This document shows positions 9,617-20,040 of a DNA stretch of 64,000 bases, piece by piece. Below the pieces are notes generated by a model that saw only the letters and a list, made by a program, of their open reading frames with translations, did no database searches and was not told where the DNA came from. Each line of letters begins with the position of its first letter. The stretch's first letter is position 1. The translations under genes and the position numbers were made by a program. Origin of the DNA: Candidatus Woesebacteria bacterium (GTDB taxonomy: Bacteria; Patescibacteriota; Microgenomatia; UBA8517); NCBI GenBank assembly GCA_013426185.1, contig CP058602.1, positions 10,231 to 74,230 of the forward strand. Reading direction: 5' to 3'.

Positions 9617-10291
9617 ATGTCTGGCATTCTTTATATTGTTGCGACTCCTATTGGCAACCTTGAAGATATTACACTTCGAGCCTTAAGGATATTGAGAGAA
9701 GTCGACTTAATTTTAGCGGAAGATACGCGTGTTGCCAGTAAACTTCTGAATCATTATGAAATAGAAAAGCATATTTTGAGCTACCACCAACATAGCAGTG
9801 AGGAAAGAAAGCTTGAGATTTTAAGGGAGCTTCTTCTGGGTAAGAAGATTGCCTTAATCACTGATGCAGGTACACCCGGAATTTCTGATCCAGGCAATGA
9901 GCTAGTTGATTTTATTTATAAGAATTCTGATTCAGTCAAGATAGTTCCTGTTCCTGGACCTTCAGCTTTGACTGCCGCACTTTCAGTTTGTGGCTTCAGG
10001 ACAGATAAGTTTGTCTTTTTGGGCTTTTTGCCTAAAAAGGGAAATTTGGGTCTTTTTGAGTGGCTTAAAAAGGGTGGTTTTACCTTTGCTTTTTATGAAT
10101 CACCAATGAGAATTTTAAAGACTCTAGATTTGCTTTTGGAGAATTTTGGAGAGGAAAAGAGAATAGTTGTCGCCCGGGAATTAACTAAAATTTATGAGAC
10201 TCTCTATCTTGGCAAAATTAAGGAAATAAAAGAGAAGCTTGTAAGTGACAGATTGAAGGGGGAAATAGTGGTTATCGTTGAGGGTAGTTAA
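9617..10291 (+). CDS. rsmI: 16S rRNA (cytidine1402-2'-O)-methyltransferase RsmI (tetrapyrrole-methylase fold)
   Basis: 'LYIVATPIGNLEDITLRALRIL...LILAEDTR' N-terminal signature of RsmI. Confidence 0.85.
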   Translation: MSGILYIVATPIGNLEDITLRALRILREVDLILAEDTRVASKLLNHYEIEKHILSYHQHSSEERKLEILRELLLGKKIALITDAGTPGISDPGNELVDFIYKNSDSVKIVPVPGPSALTAALSVCGFRTDKFVFLGFLPKKGNLGLFEWLKKGGFTFAFYESPMRILKTLDLLLENFGEEKRIVVARELTKIYETLYLGKIKEIKEKLVSDRLKGEIVVIVEGS

Positions 10292-10314
10292 TTTTTTTGC
10301 TAGAATCAGCTTAA

Positions 10315-10387
10315 GCCGGTGTAGCTCAAAGGATAGAGCAGTCCCGTCCTAAGGGAAAGGTTGAGGGTTCAACTCCCCCCACCGGCA
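10315..10387 (+). tRNA. tRNA-Arg (anticodon CCT)
   Basis: Manual cloverleaf: acceptor GCCGGTG/CACCGGC, D-arm GCTC..GAGC, anticodon loop GTCCTAA (U33, CCT, A37), T-loop TTCAACT. One A-C mismatch in the T stem. Confidence 0.65.
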
Positions 10388-10738
10388 CACGACAGATCTC
10401 GGTCGTCGGACATCAGCTGTCGGATATCGGCTTTCAGACGTCAGACTTCAGACATCGGATATCGGCCGTCGGACATCAGCTGTCAGCCGTTGGCAATTAA
10501 TCAAAGCTGGTCGGAAGCAGTATTTAGTATTTTGTATTATGTATTATGCAGGAAATACAAGTAGAAAGTAGAAAGTAGAATGTAGAATGTAGTAAGTAGA
10601 AAGCAAAAATTCATAACTCAATAGTTAAAGGTTCAAAGTTAAAAGTTGTGTATTATCCTTTCTACTTTCTGCTTACTACTTTCTACTAATTTTAAGTTTT
10701 GACTTTTGATTTTTGAGTTTTAAGTTAATTTGTAATCT
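10388..10738. repeat. Modular low-complexity repeat array, forward orientation
   Basis: cggaYatcRg tandems, then gtattatgtattatgcagg, then gtagaaagtagaa, then aaagtt units, then gttttgacttttgatttttgagttttaagtt. Confidence 0.85.
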
Positions 10739-11959
10739 TTATTTTAAGCTCAGCGAATAGAGGTTGGCTTCTTGGGAGTCGGCGCCGAGGTTGGTTAATA
10801 TCAAGATACGGTCATTGGTAAGAGTTGGGAAGGCGTAAGGGGCAAAATAGCTTCCAGAATAAACTTCCTGAAGGTTTGTTCCATCATAGTCCATAATGAT
10901 TATTTTTCCTTCTTTAGCCCAAATTAAGTGTCTTGAGGTTGGAAACCAGAGAATCTTCTGGCTAACTTTGTTATCTTTTGGAGTATATTGACCTATTTGT
11001 AAGTTAGTGCTATTGTCGTTTATCAAAAAATTGCGATCCTCTTTGATGTCATATACATATATTTTACCCCTTTTAATATCCCTCTCTTGCTTCTGAGTTG
11101 AGGCGCCTGGGACTGGTTTGATTATCTCGTTTGGGATAGTGGTATCAACTTTAGCTTTGTAAAGAATTTTGGTCTCATCAGGAGAAAAGCTTACATCCTC
11201 CGCATAGTTAGCTATTATTTCACTGATTTTGTCAGGCAAGGCTTTTATTTTTGAGGCAAGAATTTTTTGTTCTTCTTTTTGCCACTCTTCAATTGTTGTG
11301 TCAGCTTTGACAGCGATATTAGTTCTTTTGTCCTGAGGTGTAAAGGTGGCGGTATCAAGCAAGAATTTTCCTTTAGGAGTGACAAGGAGTATCTCGCGGC
11401 CATTAGGAGACCAGATCCAGTTTGAGTCTTTTAAGTCACCATCTGTTATCCTTCTTGGGTCGCGCGAGAAGCCAAGGGGAAGGTTGATATTGTCAAGCAC
11501 CCAAAGCCCTTCTTTTTCTTCGGCGACGTTTTTAGTTGTTGCAGGAACAATAAAGGCAATTTTGGTGGAGTCAGGTGATGAGGTGGGGTTGAGACAGGAG
11601 TTGAAAGTAATAGCAGAAAGCGATGGAGCAATTTTAAAAAGATGTACATCAACTTCTGTTACTTCTTCTTTTTTAATGGTTAGTCTCTTGTTCCAGGTAA
11701 TGTAGCCTTCTTTTTTGACTGTTATGTCGTAAGTTTCAGGAGACAAGGTTAGATTGAGATTGGTGAAGCCTCTTGGTTCTTGATTAACTAACACCTGAGC
11801 TCCTTCAGGATTTGATTTGACGATTAGAAGGCCACTTGGTGTGATCTTAAGACTTTTGCTATCTAGGCGATAACCACGGGCATAAAGCGAGAAGAGGTAA
11901 CTCAAGCCAACCACAATAGCAATGGTGGTCAAAAGTATTAAGACGCGGATTTTGGTCAT
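10739..11959 (-). CDS. Membrane-anchored PEGA-domain / beta-propeller (TolB-like) protein
   Basis: N-terminal TM; 'PEGAQVLVNQEPRGFT...ITVKKEGYITW' PEGA motif; repeated beta-strand-rich C-terminus. Confidence 0.5.
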   Translation of the reverse strand: MTKIRVLILLTTIAIVVGLSYLFSLYARGYRLDSKSLKITPSGLLIVKSNPEGAQVLVNQEPRGFTNLNLTLSPETYDITVKKEGYITWNKRLTIKKEEVTEVDVHLFKIAPSLSAITFNSCLNPTSSPDSTKIAFIVPATTKNVAEEKEGLWVLDNINLPLGFSRDPRRITDGDLKDSNWIWSPNGREILLVTPKGKFLLDTATFTPQDKRTNIAVKADTTIEEWQKEEQKILASKIKALPDKISEIIANYAEDVSFSPDETKILYKAKVDTTIPNEIIKPVPGASTQKQERDIKRGKIYVYDIKEDRNFLINDNSTNLQIGQYTPKDNKVSQKILWFPTSRHLIWAKEGKIIIMDYDGTNLQEVYSGSYFAPYAFPTLTNDRILILTNLGADSQEANLYSLSLK

Positions 11960-11984
11960 ACCTTTTTATTATATCTTTTTTGGT

Positions 11985-12720
11985 GCCTGAAAGCGAGAGG
12001 GAGCTGGTCGGAAGCTAGTATCACGTATCACGAAGCAAGAATCAAGAATAGGTAAAAGGCAAGAGGTAAAAGGTGAAAAAGAAACTCAAGTAGAAAGTAG
12101 AACGTAGTAAGTAGAAAGCAACGGATTTCAGCTATCAGCCGTCAGTTGTCGGAGTTGATCAGAAACTTGTATCCAGTATCTTGTATTATGTATTATGCAA
12201 GAAAATGCATTATCCCCATAATACATAATTCATAATACACAATACTAAATTCTTTTCCCTTTGTTCTATGTTCTATGTTCTATGTTCTTTGTTCTAATCT
12301 CAAGTTTTGACTTTTGAGTTTTAAGTTTTGAGTTATACTTTTGAATTTTGAGTTTTAAGTTTTAATTTAATTTGTGATTTGGAACTTGGGATTTGTTTGT
12401 AATTTGTATATTGGAATTTGGAATTTGTATATTGCCTGCCCGCAATGCTTTCAGCATAGCTGATGCAGGCGGGGGTAAAGGGTAAGAGAAATTCAAGTAG
12501 AAAGTAGTAAGTAGAATGTAGAAAGTAAAAAATCCACGGCCTAAAGGCCGTGGCTTTCTTGGCTCCATCTAAACTATTCTACATCCACGCGCTAAAGCGC
12601 GTGGCTTTATGATTAGATGTAGTAAAATTCTTAAATCCTAAATCTTAAATCAAAATTCTATAATCAAGGTTTTAAGTTTTGAATTTTGAATTAATTTTTC
12701 TCTCTTGTAGTCGTCTCGTT
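11985..12720. repeat. Modular low-complexity repeat array including two GC-rich hairpins (ccacggcctaaaggccgtgg, ccacgcgctaaagcgcgtgg)
   Basis: Direct reading. The hairpins are flanked by A/T runs and look like bidirectional terminators. The same pair recurs inverted at 15860-15950. Confidence 0.85.
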
Positions 12721-12790
12721 TTTTTTCTACAATGTCTTGCAGTGATTTTTGTTAATTGTATCAAAATACTAGATTTTTATATCAAAATAT

Positions 12791-13804
12791 ATGATTGAAA
12801 TTAGGAAAAGAATTGCGATTGACCTTGGGACGGCAAATACTTTGGTTTGGCTCGCAGGTGAGGGAATAGTAGCTAATGAGCCGACTGTTGTTGCTGTTTC
12901 AGCTGAAGACAATCAGGTGGTAGCAGTTGGTGAGGAGGCAAAAAAGATGCTTGGCCGAACTCCTGAGAGCTTAATTGCCTCACGTCCTATGCGAGATGGG
13001 GTTATTGCCGACTATCAAATCACAGAAGCAATGCTTCGTTATTTTATTCAAAAAGTAAGCGGCAGATTTCAATTCTTCAGGCCTGATGTCATGGTTTGTG
13101 TGCCTGCTGGTTGTACTCAGGTTGAAAGAAGGGCAGCACTTGATGCTACTTTGTCAGCTGGGGCGGCTCATGCTTTTTTGATAGATGAGCCACTGGCCGC
13201 AGCAATTGGCGCCGGAATTCCTGTATCGGCTCCATCAGGGCATATGATTGTTGATATTGGGGGTGGTGCAACCGAAGCGGCTGTCATTTCTTTAGGCGGG
13301 GTCGTGGTTCACAAAAGCGTTCGTGTGGCAGGTAACAAGATTGACGAGGCAATTCAGGATTACTTGCGCAAGAAGTATAACTTGATAGTTGGTGATCAGA
13401 CCGCGGAAGACATCAAAATCAAAATAGGTTCTGCCACCAAAGATGTAAAGGAGGAAAAACTTGAAGTTTCAGGGCGCGACTTGGTTTTTGGTTTGCCAAG
13501 AAGCGTGGTTTTATCTTCAAAAGAAATCTGCGATGCAATTCGAGGCCCTGTCAACCAAATTATTGGTGCTGTTAAGGCTGTTCTTGAAGATACGCCGCCT
13601 GAGCTTGCGGCTGATATAATAGATAAGGGTATTATTATGAGCGGCGGAAGTAGTTTGCTGCGCAATCTTGATAGATACTTAACTTTGGAAACTGGGGTTC
13701 CAGCTCATGTGGCAGAAGATCCTCAGCTTTGTGTTGTCAAGGGCACTGGTCTTGTTCTTGAGAATATAGAACTTTGGAAAAGAAGTGTTACAACCAAAAG
13801 ATAA
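12791..13804 (+). CDS. mreB: Rod-shape determining protein MreB (copy 1)
   Basis: 'IAIDLGTANTLVW' phosphate-1 motif; actin-fold motifs throughout. Confidence 0.9.
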   Translation: MIEIRKRIAIDLGTANTLVWLAGEGIVANEPTVVAVSAEDNQVVAVGEEAKKMLGRTPESLIASRPMRDGVIADYQITEAMLRYFIQKVSGRFQFFRPDVMVCVPAGCTQVERRAALDATLSAGAAHAFLIDEPLAAAIGAGIPVSAPSGHMIVDIGGGATEAAVISLGGVVVHKSVRVAGNKIDEAIQDYLRKKYNLIVGDQTAEDIKIKIGSATKDVKEEKLEVSGRDLVFGLPRSVVLSSKEICDAIRGPVNQIIGAVKAVLEDTPPELAADIIDKGIIMSGGSSLLRNLDRYLTLETGVPAHVAEDPQLCVVKGTGLVLENIELWKRSVTTKR

Positions 13805-14273
13805 TTTTATCTTGATAATTATTTTTATAGGTTCTTTAAAATGGAAAAATACAAAGCGGATTTTTAATTGATGCGTTAATTTTTGCGTTAAAATTAGTTG
13901 GAATTTGTTAAGAGTTTTTAGCTGATAAATGTAATATAGTAATAGTAGTTGCTTTCAAATTTTTTTGCGGACAACTTGAGGATAAGTGGTCTAATTTGAA
14001 GCATAAAATTTGAAAAGTTTTTTTGTTCATAATTTGCATTTTTGAGACTATAGATTTTGTAATTAATTTCCTATAGTAAGCAGGGTGTCTAAGTAGTAAT
14101 TTTATGGTAGGCAATTTTTAAATAAATTTTGCAGGAAAGTGTTTTTAAAGTTAGAGGAGACTTAAAAATTGCATTTTATTTCCTATAGTATATTTCTCTT
14201 GTTCTAAATTTTTGGTTCAGACGAATTTTTATTAGCTTTGACAGTAAAAAAGTTGTTAAAATTTTGAAAAATT

Positions 14274-15191
14274 ATGGTTAAAAAAGACCGTAAACAGGTC
14301 AAAATATTAGATATTGCCTTGGATAGCACTAACAAGACTCAAGTGCTAAGGGAGGTCAGGGTCAAAATAGCTACTTTTGAGCGTAAAGAACCTAATTATC
14401 GGCCTTTTTATATAGTTACCCCCAATCCTGAGATTGTACTTGAAGCTTTGAAAGATAAAAACTTTGCCTTGATTTTAAATTCTGCCAATTTTACCATTCC
14501 TGATGGCATCGGCCTTTCGCAAGCTGCTTTTTTCCTTTCTCTTCCAGATTATAAATTTTTGCCCCTTAGAATTTTTATTTTACTTTTACAGTGGTTTTAT
14601 ACAGTGTTCTTGACTTGGTTTAAAAAGAAGCGGCTATTTGAAAAGTTAAATATCATCAAAGGCAGAAAACTCTTCACCGATCTTATTTTTTTGGCCAATA
14701 AAAAGGGGTGGAGAGTGGTTTTGGTGGGGAATCTTCAAGGAAGCGCGCAAAAGTCTGCTTCAATCATCAAAAATAGCTATAAGAAAGTCAAAGTTTTTGC
14801 TTTCTCGGGCTCGGCTTTGAATAGGGAAGGTGAGGCTTTGAATCAAGAAGAGAAAAAAGCTGAAAAAGAACTTCTTGATTCTATCAACAAGATTTCTCCA
14901 CATTTGGTTTTTGTTGGCTTTGGGGCGCCAAAGCAGGAGAAGTGGCTTTATCGCAATTTAGACAGTCTTAAAATCGGCGGAGCAATGGTAGTAGGGGGCA
15001 CTTTTGATTATGTTTCAGGCAAACTGTCCCTTCCGCCGCGTTTTTTGGAGAAACTGGGTCTTGAGTGGTTTTGGCGGCTTTTAGTTGAGCCAAAAAGATG
15101 GCTGCGTATCTTTCGTGCTGTCTTTGTATTCCCGACAAAAGTAATCTCTTTTAAATTGAAAAAGGGTCTTGACAGGGTTGCTAGCTTTTGA
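14274..15191 (+). CDS. WecB/TagA/CpsF-family glycosyltransferase (N-acetylmannosaminyl-transferase-like)
   Basis: 'FYIVTPNPEIV', 'FTIPDGIGL' and 'VFVGFGAPKQEKW' conserved blocks of the family. Confidence 0.7.
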   Translation: MVKKDRKQVKILDIALDSTNKTQVLREVRVKIATFERKEPNYRPFYIVTPNPEIVLEALKDKNFALILNSANFTIPDGIGLSQAAFFLSLPDYKFLPLRIFILLLQWFYTVFLTWFKKKRLFEKLNIIKGRKLFTDLIFLANKKGWRVVLVGNLQGSAQKSASIIKNSYKKVKVFAFSGSALNREGEALNQEEKKAEKELLDSINKISPHLVFVGFGAPKQEKWLYRNLDSLKIGGAMVVGGTFDYVSGKLSLPPRFLEKLGLEWFWRLLVEPKRWLRIFRAVFVFPTKVISFKLKKGLDRVASF

Positions 15192-15271
15192 TATTGTCTG
15201 ATTAATTAAGGTTACTAGTTAGCCTTGAGGTGATATAAAAATATAATTAAAATTATCAAAATATATCAAAA

Positions 15272-15502
15272 ATGGCTGAAGAAAAACCGGTAAGAAAGAA
15301 AAAGAAGATAAAACTTGAAGATTTACCCGATCTTTTGACTGTGCGTGAGGTTGCCGATCTTCTGCGTGTTTCACCTCTTACCATTAAGCGCTGGGGCAAG
15401 CGAGGCAAGCTTCCTGCAATTCGCATTAACTCCCGCGGCGACAGGCGCTACAAAAAAGAGGCTGTCCTCTGGCTTCTTGGAATACAGAGTAATCAAGAGT
15501 AA
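15272..15502 (+). CDS. Excisionase/MerR-type helix-turn-helix DNA-binding protein
   Basis: 'LLTVREVADLLRVSPLTIKRWGKRGKLPA' HTH. 76 aa. Confidence 0.55.
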   Translation: MAEEKPVRKKKKIKLEDLPDLLTVREVADLLRVSPLTIKRWGKRGKLPAIRINSRGDRRYKKEAVLWLLGIQSNQE

Positions 15503-15959
15503 CAATCAAAATTACAAATCACAAATTACAAACAAATTCCAAGTTCCAAATCACAAATTAACTCAAAACTTAAAACTCAAAAGTCAAAACTTGAGATTAG
15601 AACAAAGAACATAGAACATAGAACATAGAACATAGAACAAAGGGAAAAGAATTTAGTATTGTGTATTATGAATTATGTATTATGGGGATAATGCATTTTC
15701 TTGCATAATACATAATACAAGATACTGGATACAATCTTTCGGCAAGTTTCCGATTAGCTTCGGCAACCGGCTCCCGACGTCCGATGTCCAACAACTGATG
15801 TCCGATATCCGATATCTGAAGTCCGAATTCTTTTACCTTTTAACTTTTACTACATCTAATCATAAAGCCACGCGCTTTAGCGCGTGGATGTAGAATAGTT
15901 TAGATGGAGCCAAGAAAGCCACGGCCTTTAGGCCGTGGATTTTTTACTCTTTTACCTAT
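15503..15959. repeat. Modular low-complexity repeat array, inverted orientation relative to 11985-12720
   Basis: Reverse-complement copies of ttggaatttg, ctatgttctatgttc, gtattatg and cggaYatcgg modules, plus the two GC hairpins. Confidence 0.85.
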
Positions 15960-17024
15960 CTAGTACTTCCTCTCCGTTATGAAGTCAATTAGGGTAAGAA
16001 GCTCCTCTCGTGCGGGCTCTTTTTTCAAAAAAGTAAGCTCTTTTTGAAAGTAAACTTTTGTTTTATCTTTAAATTCGTTGGCCAGGTTTTGGGCATAGGA
16101 AATGGCTTCGTATTCTTTCATTTTAGAAACAACCCATAAAACTTCATTTTTTGTTTTTTCCTCTCTTTTTTTATTTAGAAAAGAAGTCAGTCTTTGTTTG
16201 TCTTTTTTATTTGCTCTTTTCAAAAGTTGCCCCAAAATTACCGTCAGCTTTCCTTCGTAAATATCTCCCGCGAATTCCTTGCGGCCGCCAAAATCACTTG
16301 TTACATCTAAAATATCATCTTGAAGCTGAAAGGCGCGGCCCAAAAGAACTCCAAACTGGGCCAATTTTTCAAGCTGATTTTGATTGGCGTCTGCAATTAT
16401 TGCGCCAAGCCTCATAGGGCAGGCTATAGTGTAGTACGAAGTCTTGCCGTCGGCGATAAAATACCAGTCCGAGTCATCAAACTGGTTTTTTACGCTGTCT
16501 CGCCATATAATTTCTGTCATCTGCCCTAAGGTCGTGCGAAAAAGCTGAGTATTAAATTCATCTAAAATTTGAAAAGTCTTCTTTTCGCCAAGTATTTTCC
16601 TATTCTCAAAAAGTGCTTTCCACATAATGTTATGGAGGGCATCTCCAGCATTAACTGCAATTGGTAGGTTGTATTTTTTGTGGAGGGCTGGTAAACCCCG
16701 CCTTTTTGGAGAATCATCTTCAAGATCGTCGTGGATCAAAAGCCATTCTTCTGAAATTTGCATCGCGGAGGCAGTAGGCAACGTGTCTTCTAGTTTTGCG
16801 CCCACTGCCTCAGCTGTCAGGCAAACAAGCGTTGGCCTTAGATATTTGCCTTTGCGAGTGGGGTAGTCTTTGACAATTTCCCAGAATTTTTGTTCCTCTT
16901 TTTTATATTTTGATGCGATTTGGAATGCTTTTGGAAGTGTTTGGCTTTTAAGATAACTCTTAACATTCGGCCAGATTAGCTTTTGATAGTTCTTGAGTAT
17001 TTCCTCCGCCGTTCTTTTTTGCAT
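15960..17024 (-). CDS. Polyprenyl diphosphate synthase (trans-isoprenyl diphosphate synthase, GGPP/FPP synthase family)
   Basis: 'LIHDDLEDDS' (first DDxxD) and 'FQLQDDILD' (second) motifs. Start placed at the ATG at 17024; the tracked ORF to 17105 would run across a likely uppS promoter and a ccctttaaagg motif. Confidence 0.75.
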   Translation of the reverse strand: MQKRTAEEILKNYQKLIWPNVKSYLKSQTLPKAFQIASKYKKEEQKFWEIVKDYPTRKGKYLRPTLVCLTAEAVGAKLEDTLPTASAMQISEEWLLIHDDLEDDSPKRRGLPALHKKYNLPIAVNAGDALHNIMWKALFENRKILGEKKTFQILDEFNTQLFRTTLGQMTEIIWRDSVKNQFDDSDWYFIADGKTSYYTIACPMRLGAIIADANQNQLEKLAQFGVLLGRAFQLQDDILDVTSDFGGRKEFAGDIYEGKLTVILGQLLKRANKKDKQRLTSFLNKKREEKTKNEVLWVVSKMKEYEAISYAQNLANEFKDKTKVYFQKELTFLKKEPAREELLTLIDFITERKY

Positions 17025-17079
17025 AATCTTGTCTATTTTATCATATCCTTTTATACCCTTTAAAGGTGTCGGTTGACAT

Positions 17080-17092
17080 TGTGATATAATCT
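17080..17092 (+). promoter_or_regulatory. Extended -10 promoter candidate (tgtgatataat) upstream of uppS
   Basis: TGnTATAAT match 45 nt upstream of the uppS ATG. Confidence 0.35.
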
Positions 17093-17136
17093 CAAGAGAT
17101 AACAAGTTAACAAATTAACGTTTAACAATTTAACTT

Positions 17137-18453
17137 ATGATAAGTTTTAGGAAACAACAAAAGAGGTCTTCTAAAAACATAAAAGGTCTTATCCCTTTAC
17201 CAAAAGGAACGCAGATTCCAAATCATATTGCTATGATTTTGGATGGCAACCGTCGCTGGGCGCGTGCTCGTGGTCTTGAGCCTTGGGAAGGACATAAAGC
17301 TGGTTATGAGGCTGTAAAAAAAATTGCCAAAGCTGCGCGTGACTACGGAGTTCATACTTTTACCATCTGGGCTTTTTCAACCGAAAATTGGTCTCGTCCC
17401 AAGGAGGAGATAGACGCAATTTTGAACTTATTGCGTCGGGGCCTAAAAGAGTTTTTGGAAGAGGCTAAAAGAGACCGTATACGTCTTGTCCATTTAGGTC
17501 GCAAAGACCGTTTCCCAAAAGATGTGGCCGATCTTCTTACAAGGATTGAGGCTGAAACTGCTCATTTTGATAAAAATATTTTGAACTTGGCTCTTGATTA
17601 TGGGGGTCGTGATGAGATTTTGCGCGCAGTGCGAAAAATTGTAGAGGACAAAGTGCCACCTGAGGCGATTGACGAAAAGCTTTTTGACTCCTACCTTGAT
17701 ACCAAAAATCAGCCTTATCCATATCCTGATTTATTCATTCGCACCTCAGGCGAGCAGAGAACCAGTGGCTATCTTCTATGGCAGATGGTTTATGCTGAGT
17801 ATTACTTTGAGCCAGATCATTTGCCTGATTTTACTCCCGATAAACTAAGGCTTGCGATTTTGGATTATTCCCGCCGCCGCAGACGCTTTGGGGGCAATGA
17901 TAAAGAGAAGCACTTTACCTTTAAACCCGAAGTTGTTGCACGCTTGGAGCTTTCCTGGTGGCGGCTTTCCAAGGTTCCTGAGGGAACGCGCTTTCGTGAT
18001 TTTGTAGTTAGCTACTTGAAAGAGCAGTATGGTATTTCTAAATCTTTGGCAAAGGAAGCAGGAAAGCATTTGATTGAGGCTTTAATAAGTGGCGACAAAC
18101 ACGAATGGGAAAGGGCTAAAAAGCCACTTAAGAAGTTTTATCTGCTTTTAAAGAAAAATCTGAAGCTTGCGTTTGAGCCTGAAATTGTTACCTCGCTTCA
18201 TCTTAAGAAATGGCAGATGGTGAATAGTAGTTATGACCCGACCTCGGCAGTTGAGGTAGAAGATGTAGTCAAAAATCTTTTGGCAGAAGAATATCGCATT
18301 TCAAATTATCAATTTGAAAAGGCGGCACATTTGAGAGTTTTGGCTGAAATGGAACGGAACAAGGCTTTGGCTGGAATGGGAGAGGAACATTGGGACAAGG
18401 CTTCGGATTATCTCCAAAAATACTATCACGCTTTGAAGGAAAGAGTAGCGTAA
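17137..18453 (+). CDS. uppS: Undecaprenyl-diphosphate synthase (cis-prenyltransferase) with ~190-aa C-terminal extension
   Basis: 'HIAMILDGNRRWA' and 'TIWAFSTENWSRP' UppS signatures in the first 250 aa. The remaining ~190 aa is helical with no recognised domain. Confidence 0.85.
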   Translation: MISFRKQQKRSSKNIKGLIPLPKGTQIPNHIAMILDGNRRWARARGLEPWEGHKAGYEAVKKIAKAARDYGVHTFTIWAFSTENWSRPKEEIDAILNLLRRGLKEFLEEAKRDRIRLVHLGRKDRFPKDVADLLTRIEAETAHFDKNILNLALDYGGRDEILRAVRKIVEDKVPPEAIDEKLFDSYLDTKNQPYPYPDLFIRTSGEQRTSGYLLWQMVYAEYYFEPDHLPDFTPDKLRLAILDYSRRRRRFGGNDKEKHFTFKPEVVARLELSWWRLSKVPEGTRFRDFVVSYLKEQYGISKSLAKEAGKHLIEALISGDKHEWERAKKPLKKFYLLLKKNLKLAFEPEIVTSLHLKKWQMVNSSYDPTSAVEVEDVVKNLLAEEYRISNYQFEKAAHLRVLAEMERNKALAGMGEEHWDKASDYLQKYYHALKERVA

Positions 18454-19030
18454 TTAAGTCAGCATAAAGTATTTTAATAGGTAAAAGGTAAGAGACTTCA
18501 GCTATCGGACATCGGACGTCGGATATCGGCCGTCGGACATCAGCTGTCGGATATCGGATGTCGGATGTCAGACTTCGGTCGTCGGCTATCAGCTATCGGA
18601 GATTAATCAAAGGTAGCCGGAAGATTGTATTTAGTATTTTGTATTATGTATTATGTATTATGCAGGGAATACAAGTAGAAAGTAGAACGTAGTAAGTAGA
18701 AAGCAAAAGATTGTATCTAGTATTTTGTATTATGTATTATGGGAACAATGCATTTTTCTGCATAATACATAATTCATAATACTAAGTTCAGAATTTTTCC
18801 CTTTGTTCTTTGTTCTAACCTAGCAGGTAAAAGGCAAGGGGTAAAAGGTAAAAGGTAAAAGGTAAAAGAAATTCAATTAGAAAGTAGAAGGTAGTAAGTA
18901 GAAAGCAAAAATTCCTAGATTTTAAATCAATATTCAAGAGTTAAGCTGTCATTTTTTAGCCAGTAAAACTGAGCTGTAAAAACCTCCTGAGTCGTTAGCG
19001 AATCTTTTGCGGCGATGAAATTGTGTGCAG
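18454..19030. repeat. Modular low-complexity repeat array
   Basis: cggaYatcgg tandems, gtattatg units, the gtattatgggaacaatgcatttttctgcataatacataattcataatac hairpin, ccctttgttctttgttc, ggtaaaagg and gtagaaagtag units. Confidence 0.85.
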
Positions 19031-19039
19031 ACTTGAGGT

Positions 19040-20005
19040 TTATTCGATATTGTGAGACCAGTAATCATTTGGGTCTAATCCTGTATCCAAACTTTCCAGC
19101 TTGTAACCTAAAGCTAGCAATCCCGCTACAATATTTTCGGCTTGATTTATATCATACCATCTTGTTGAATGGGATAAGACTATAGCTCCATTATTAATCC
19201 TATTATTGATAACTCTTTCTTGCGTTTCGGCATCGAGACCTCCGCTTTCAAGGCTCCAGATAACCGTTTGCATACCGAACTTTGCAACCTGTTCTCTTAC
19301 TCTTTGATTTCTATTACCATAGGGAGGGCGGAAAAACCTTAATGGGTATCCAGGAATAACTTTATTTAAAAGTTTAATAAATTTAGAGAGTTGTTTTTCA
19401 ATTTCTTTTGAGGTGAGAGATGTAAAGGGAACGTGTTCGTAGCCATGGCATCCGAGGGTATGCCCATTCTCTACTATTTGCCATGCGATATCGTGGTTAG
19501 GTTCTCTTTCTAACCATTCACCTGTCACAAAAAAACTTGTTTTGCAATTATATTTCTTGTAGACATTAAGGATTTTAGTAATATCATCTGTTCTGCCCCC
19601 ATCATCATAAGTTATAAGTATAACCTTACGGTTTTTATCTCCTCGTGATATTTCGTGGTTTGCTAAAAAGTTTATTTTCTCTTGAGTAATTTGCCCATTT
19701 TCAGATTGGGAAAGAAATTCAGGCGGCAAAGGGGTGAAAGTTGATGTTGGCTCGGGTGTGAAAGTTGATGTTGGTTCTGGTGTTTGAGTTTGGGTTGGAG
19801 TAGGAATTGTTGTCTCAGTAGGAGTAAGAGAAGGCCCCTTGGTAGGTTCTGGAGTTGGAGTTAGATCAGGACTACCCCCTTTGTTTTCATAAGGAGGAGT
19901 AATTCCACAAGCAGAAAGAAATCCAGCCGCAGATACAATAACTGCTCTTTTCAAGAATTCTCTTCTTGATATTCTTTCTTCTACTTTCCTTTCTGCTTTT
20001 GCCAT
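19040..20005 (-). CDS. Tat-lipoprotein with Pro/Thr linker and CE4 polysaccharide deacetylase domain
   Basis: 'SRREFLKRAVIVSAAGFLSAC' (Tat + lipobox), PT-rich linker, 'ILITYDDGG' and 'HGYEH' CE4 motifs. Confidence 0.75.
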   Translation of the reverse strand: MAKAERKVEERISRREFLKRAVIVSAAGFLSACGITPPYENKGGSPDLTPTPEPTKGPSLTPTETTIPTPTQTQTPEPTSTFTPEPTSTFTPLPPEFLSQSENGQITQEKINFLANHEISRGDKNRKVILITYDDGGRTDDITKILNVYKKYNCKTSFFVTGEWLEREPNHDIAWQIVENGHTLGCHGYEHVPFTSLTSKEIEKQLSKFIKLLNKVIPGYPLRFFRPPYGNRNQRVREQVAKFGMQTVIWSLESGGLDAETQERVINNRINNGAIVLSHSTRWYDINQAENIVAGLLALGYKLESLDTGLDPNDYWSHNIE

Positions 20006-20040
20006 AACTTAATAAGTATTATAGGACTTGTATGAAAGAT
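19783..20040. repeat. Inverted-repeat copy A (~258 bp): promoter -10, 5'UTR, signal peptide and PT-linker of the lipoprotein gene
   Basis: Nucleotide-identical reverse complement of 21076-21330, verified by reading both strands. Confidence 0.85.

Noticed and set aside
10361-10564. Tracked ORFs lying entirely inside repeat arrays (also 12362-12568, 15345-15614, 15675-15893, 28055-28261, 62510-62854)
   Set aside because: The translations are low-complexity read-throughs of tandem units (for example SDIGYQLSAIG). There is no start context, and they appear in both orientations.
17025-17105. Longer start for the polyprenyl synthase
   Set aside because: It would translate a ccctttaaagg motif and the likely uppS promoter. 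No SD at either start, so kept only as a low-probability alternative.
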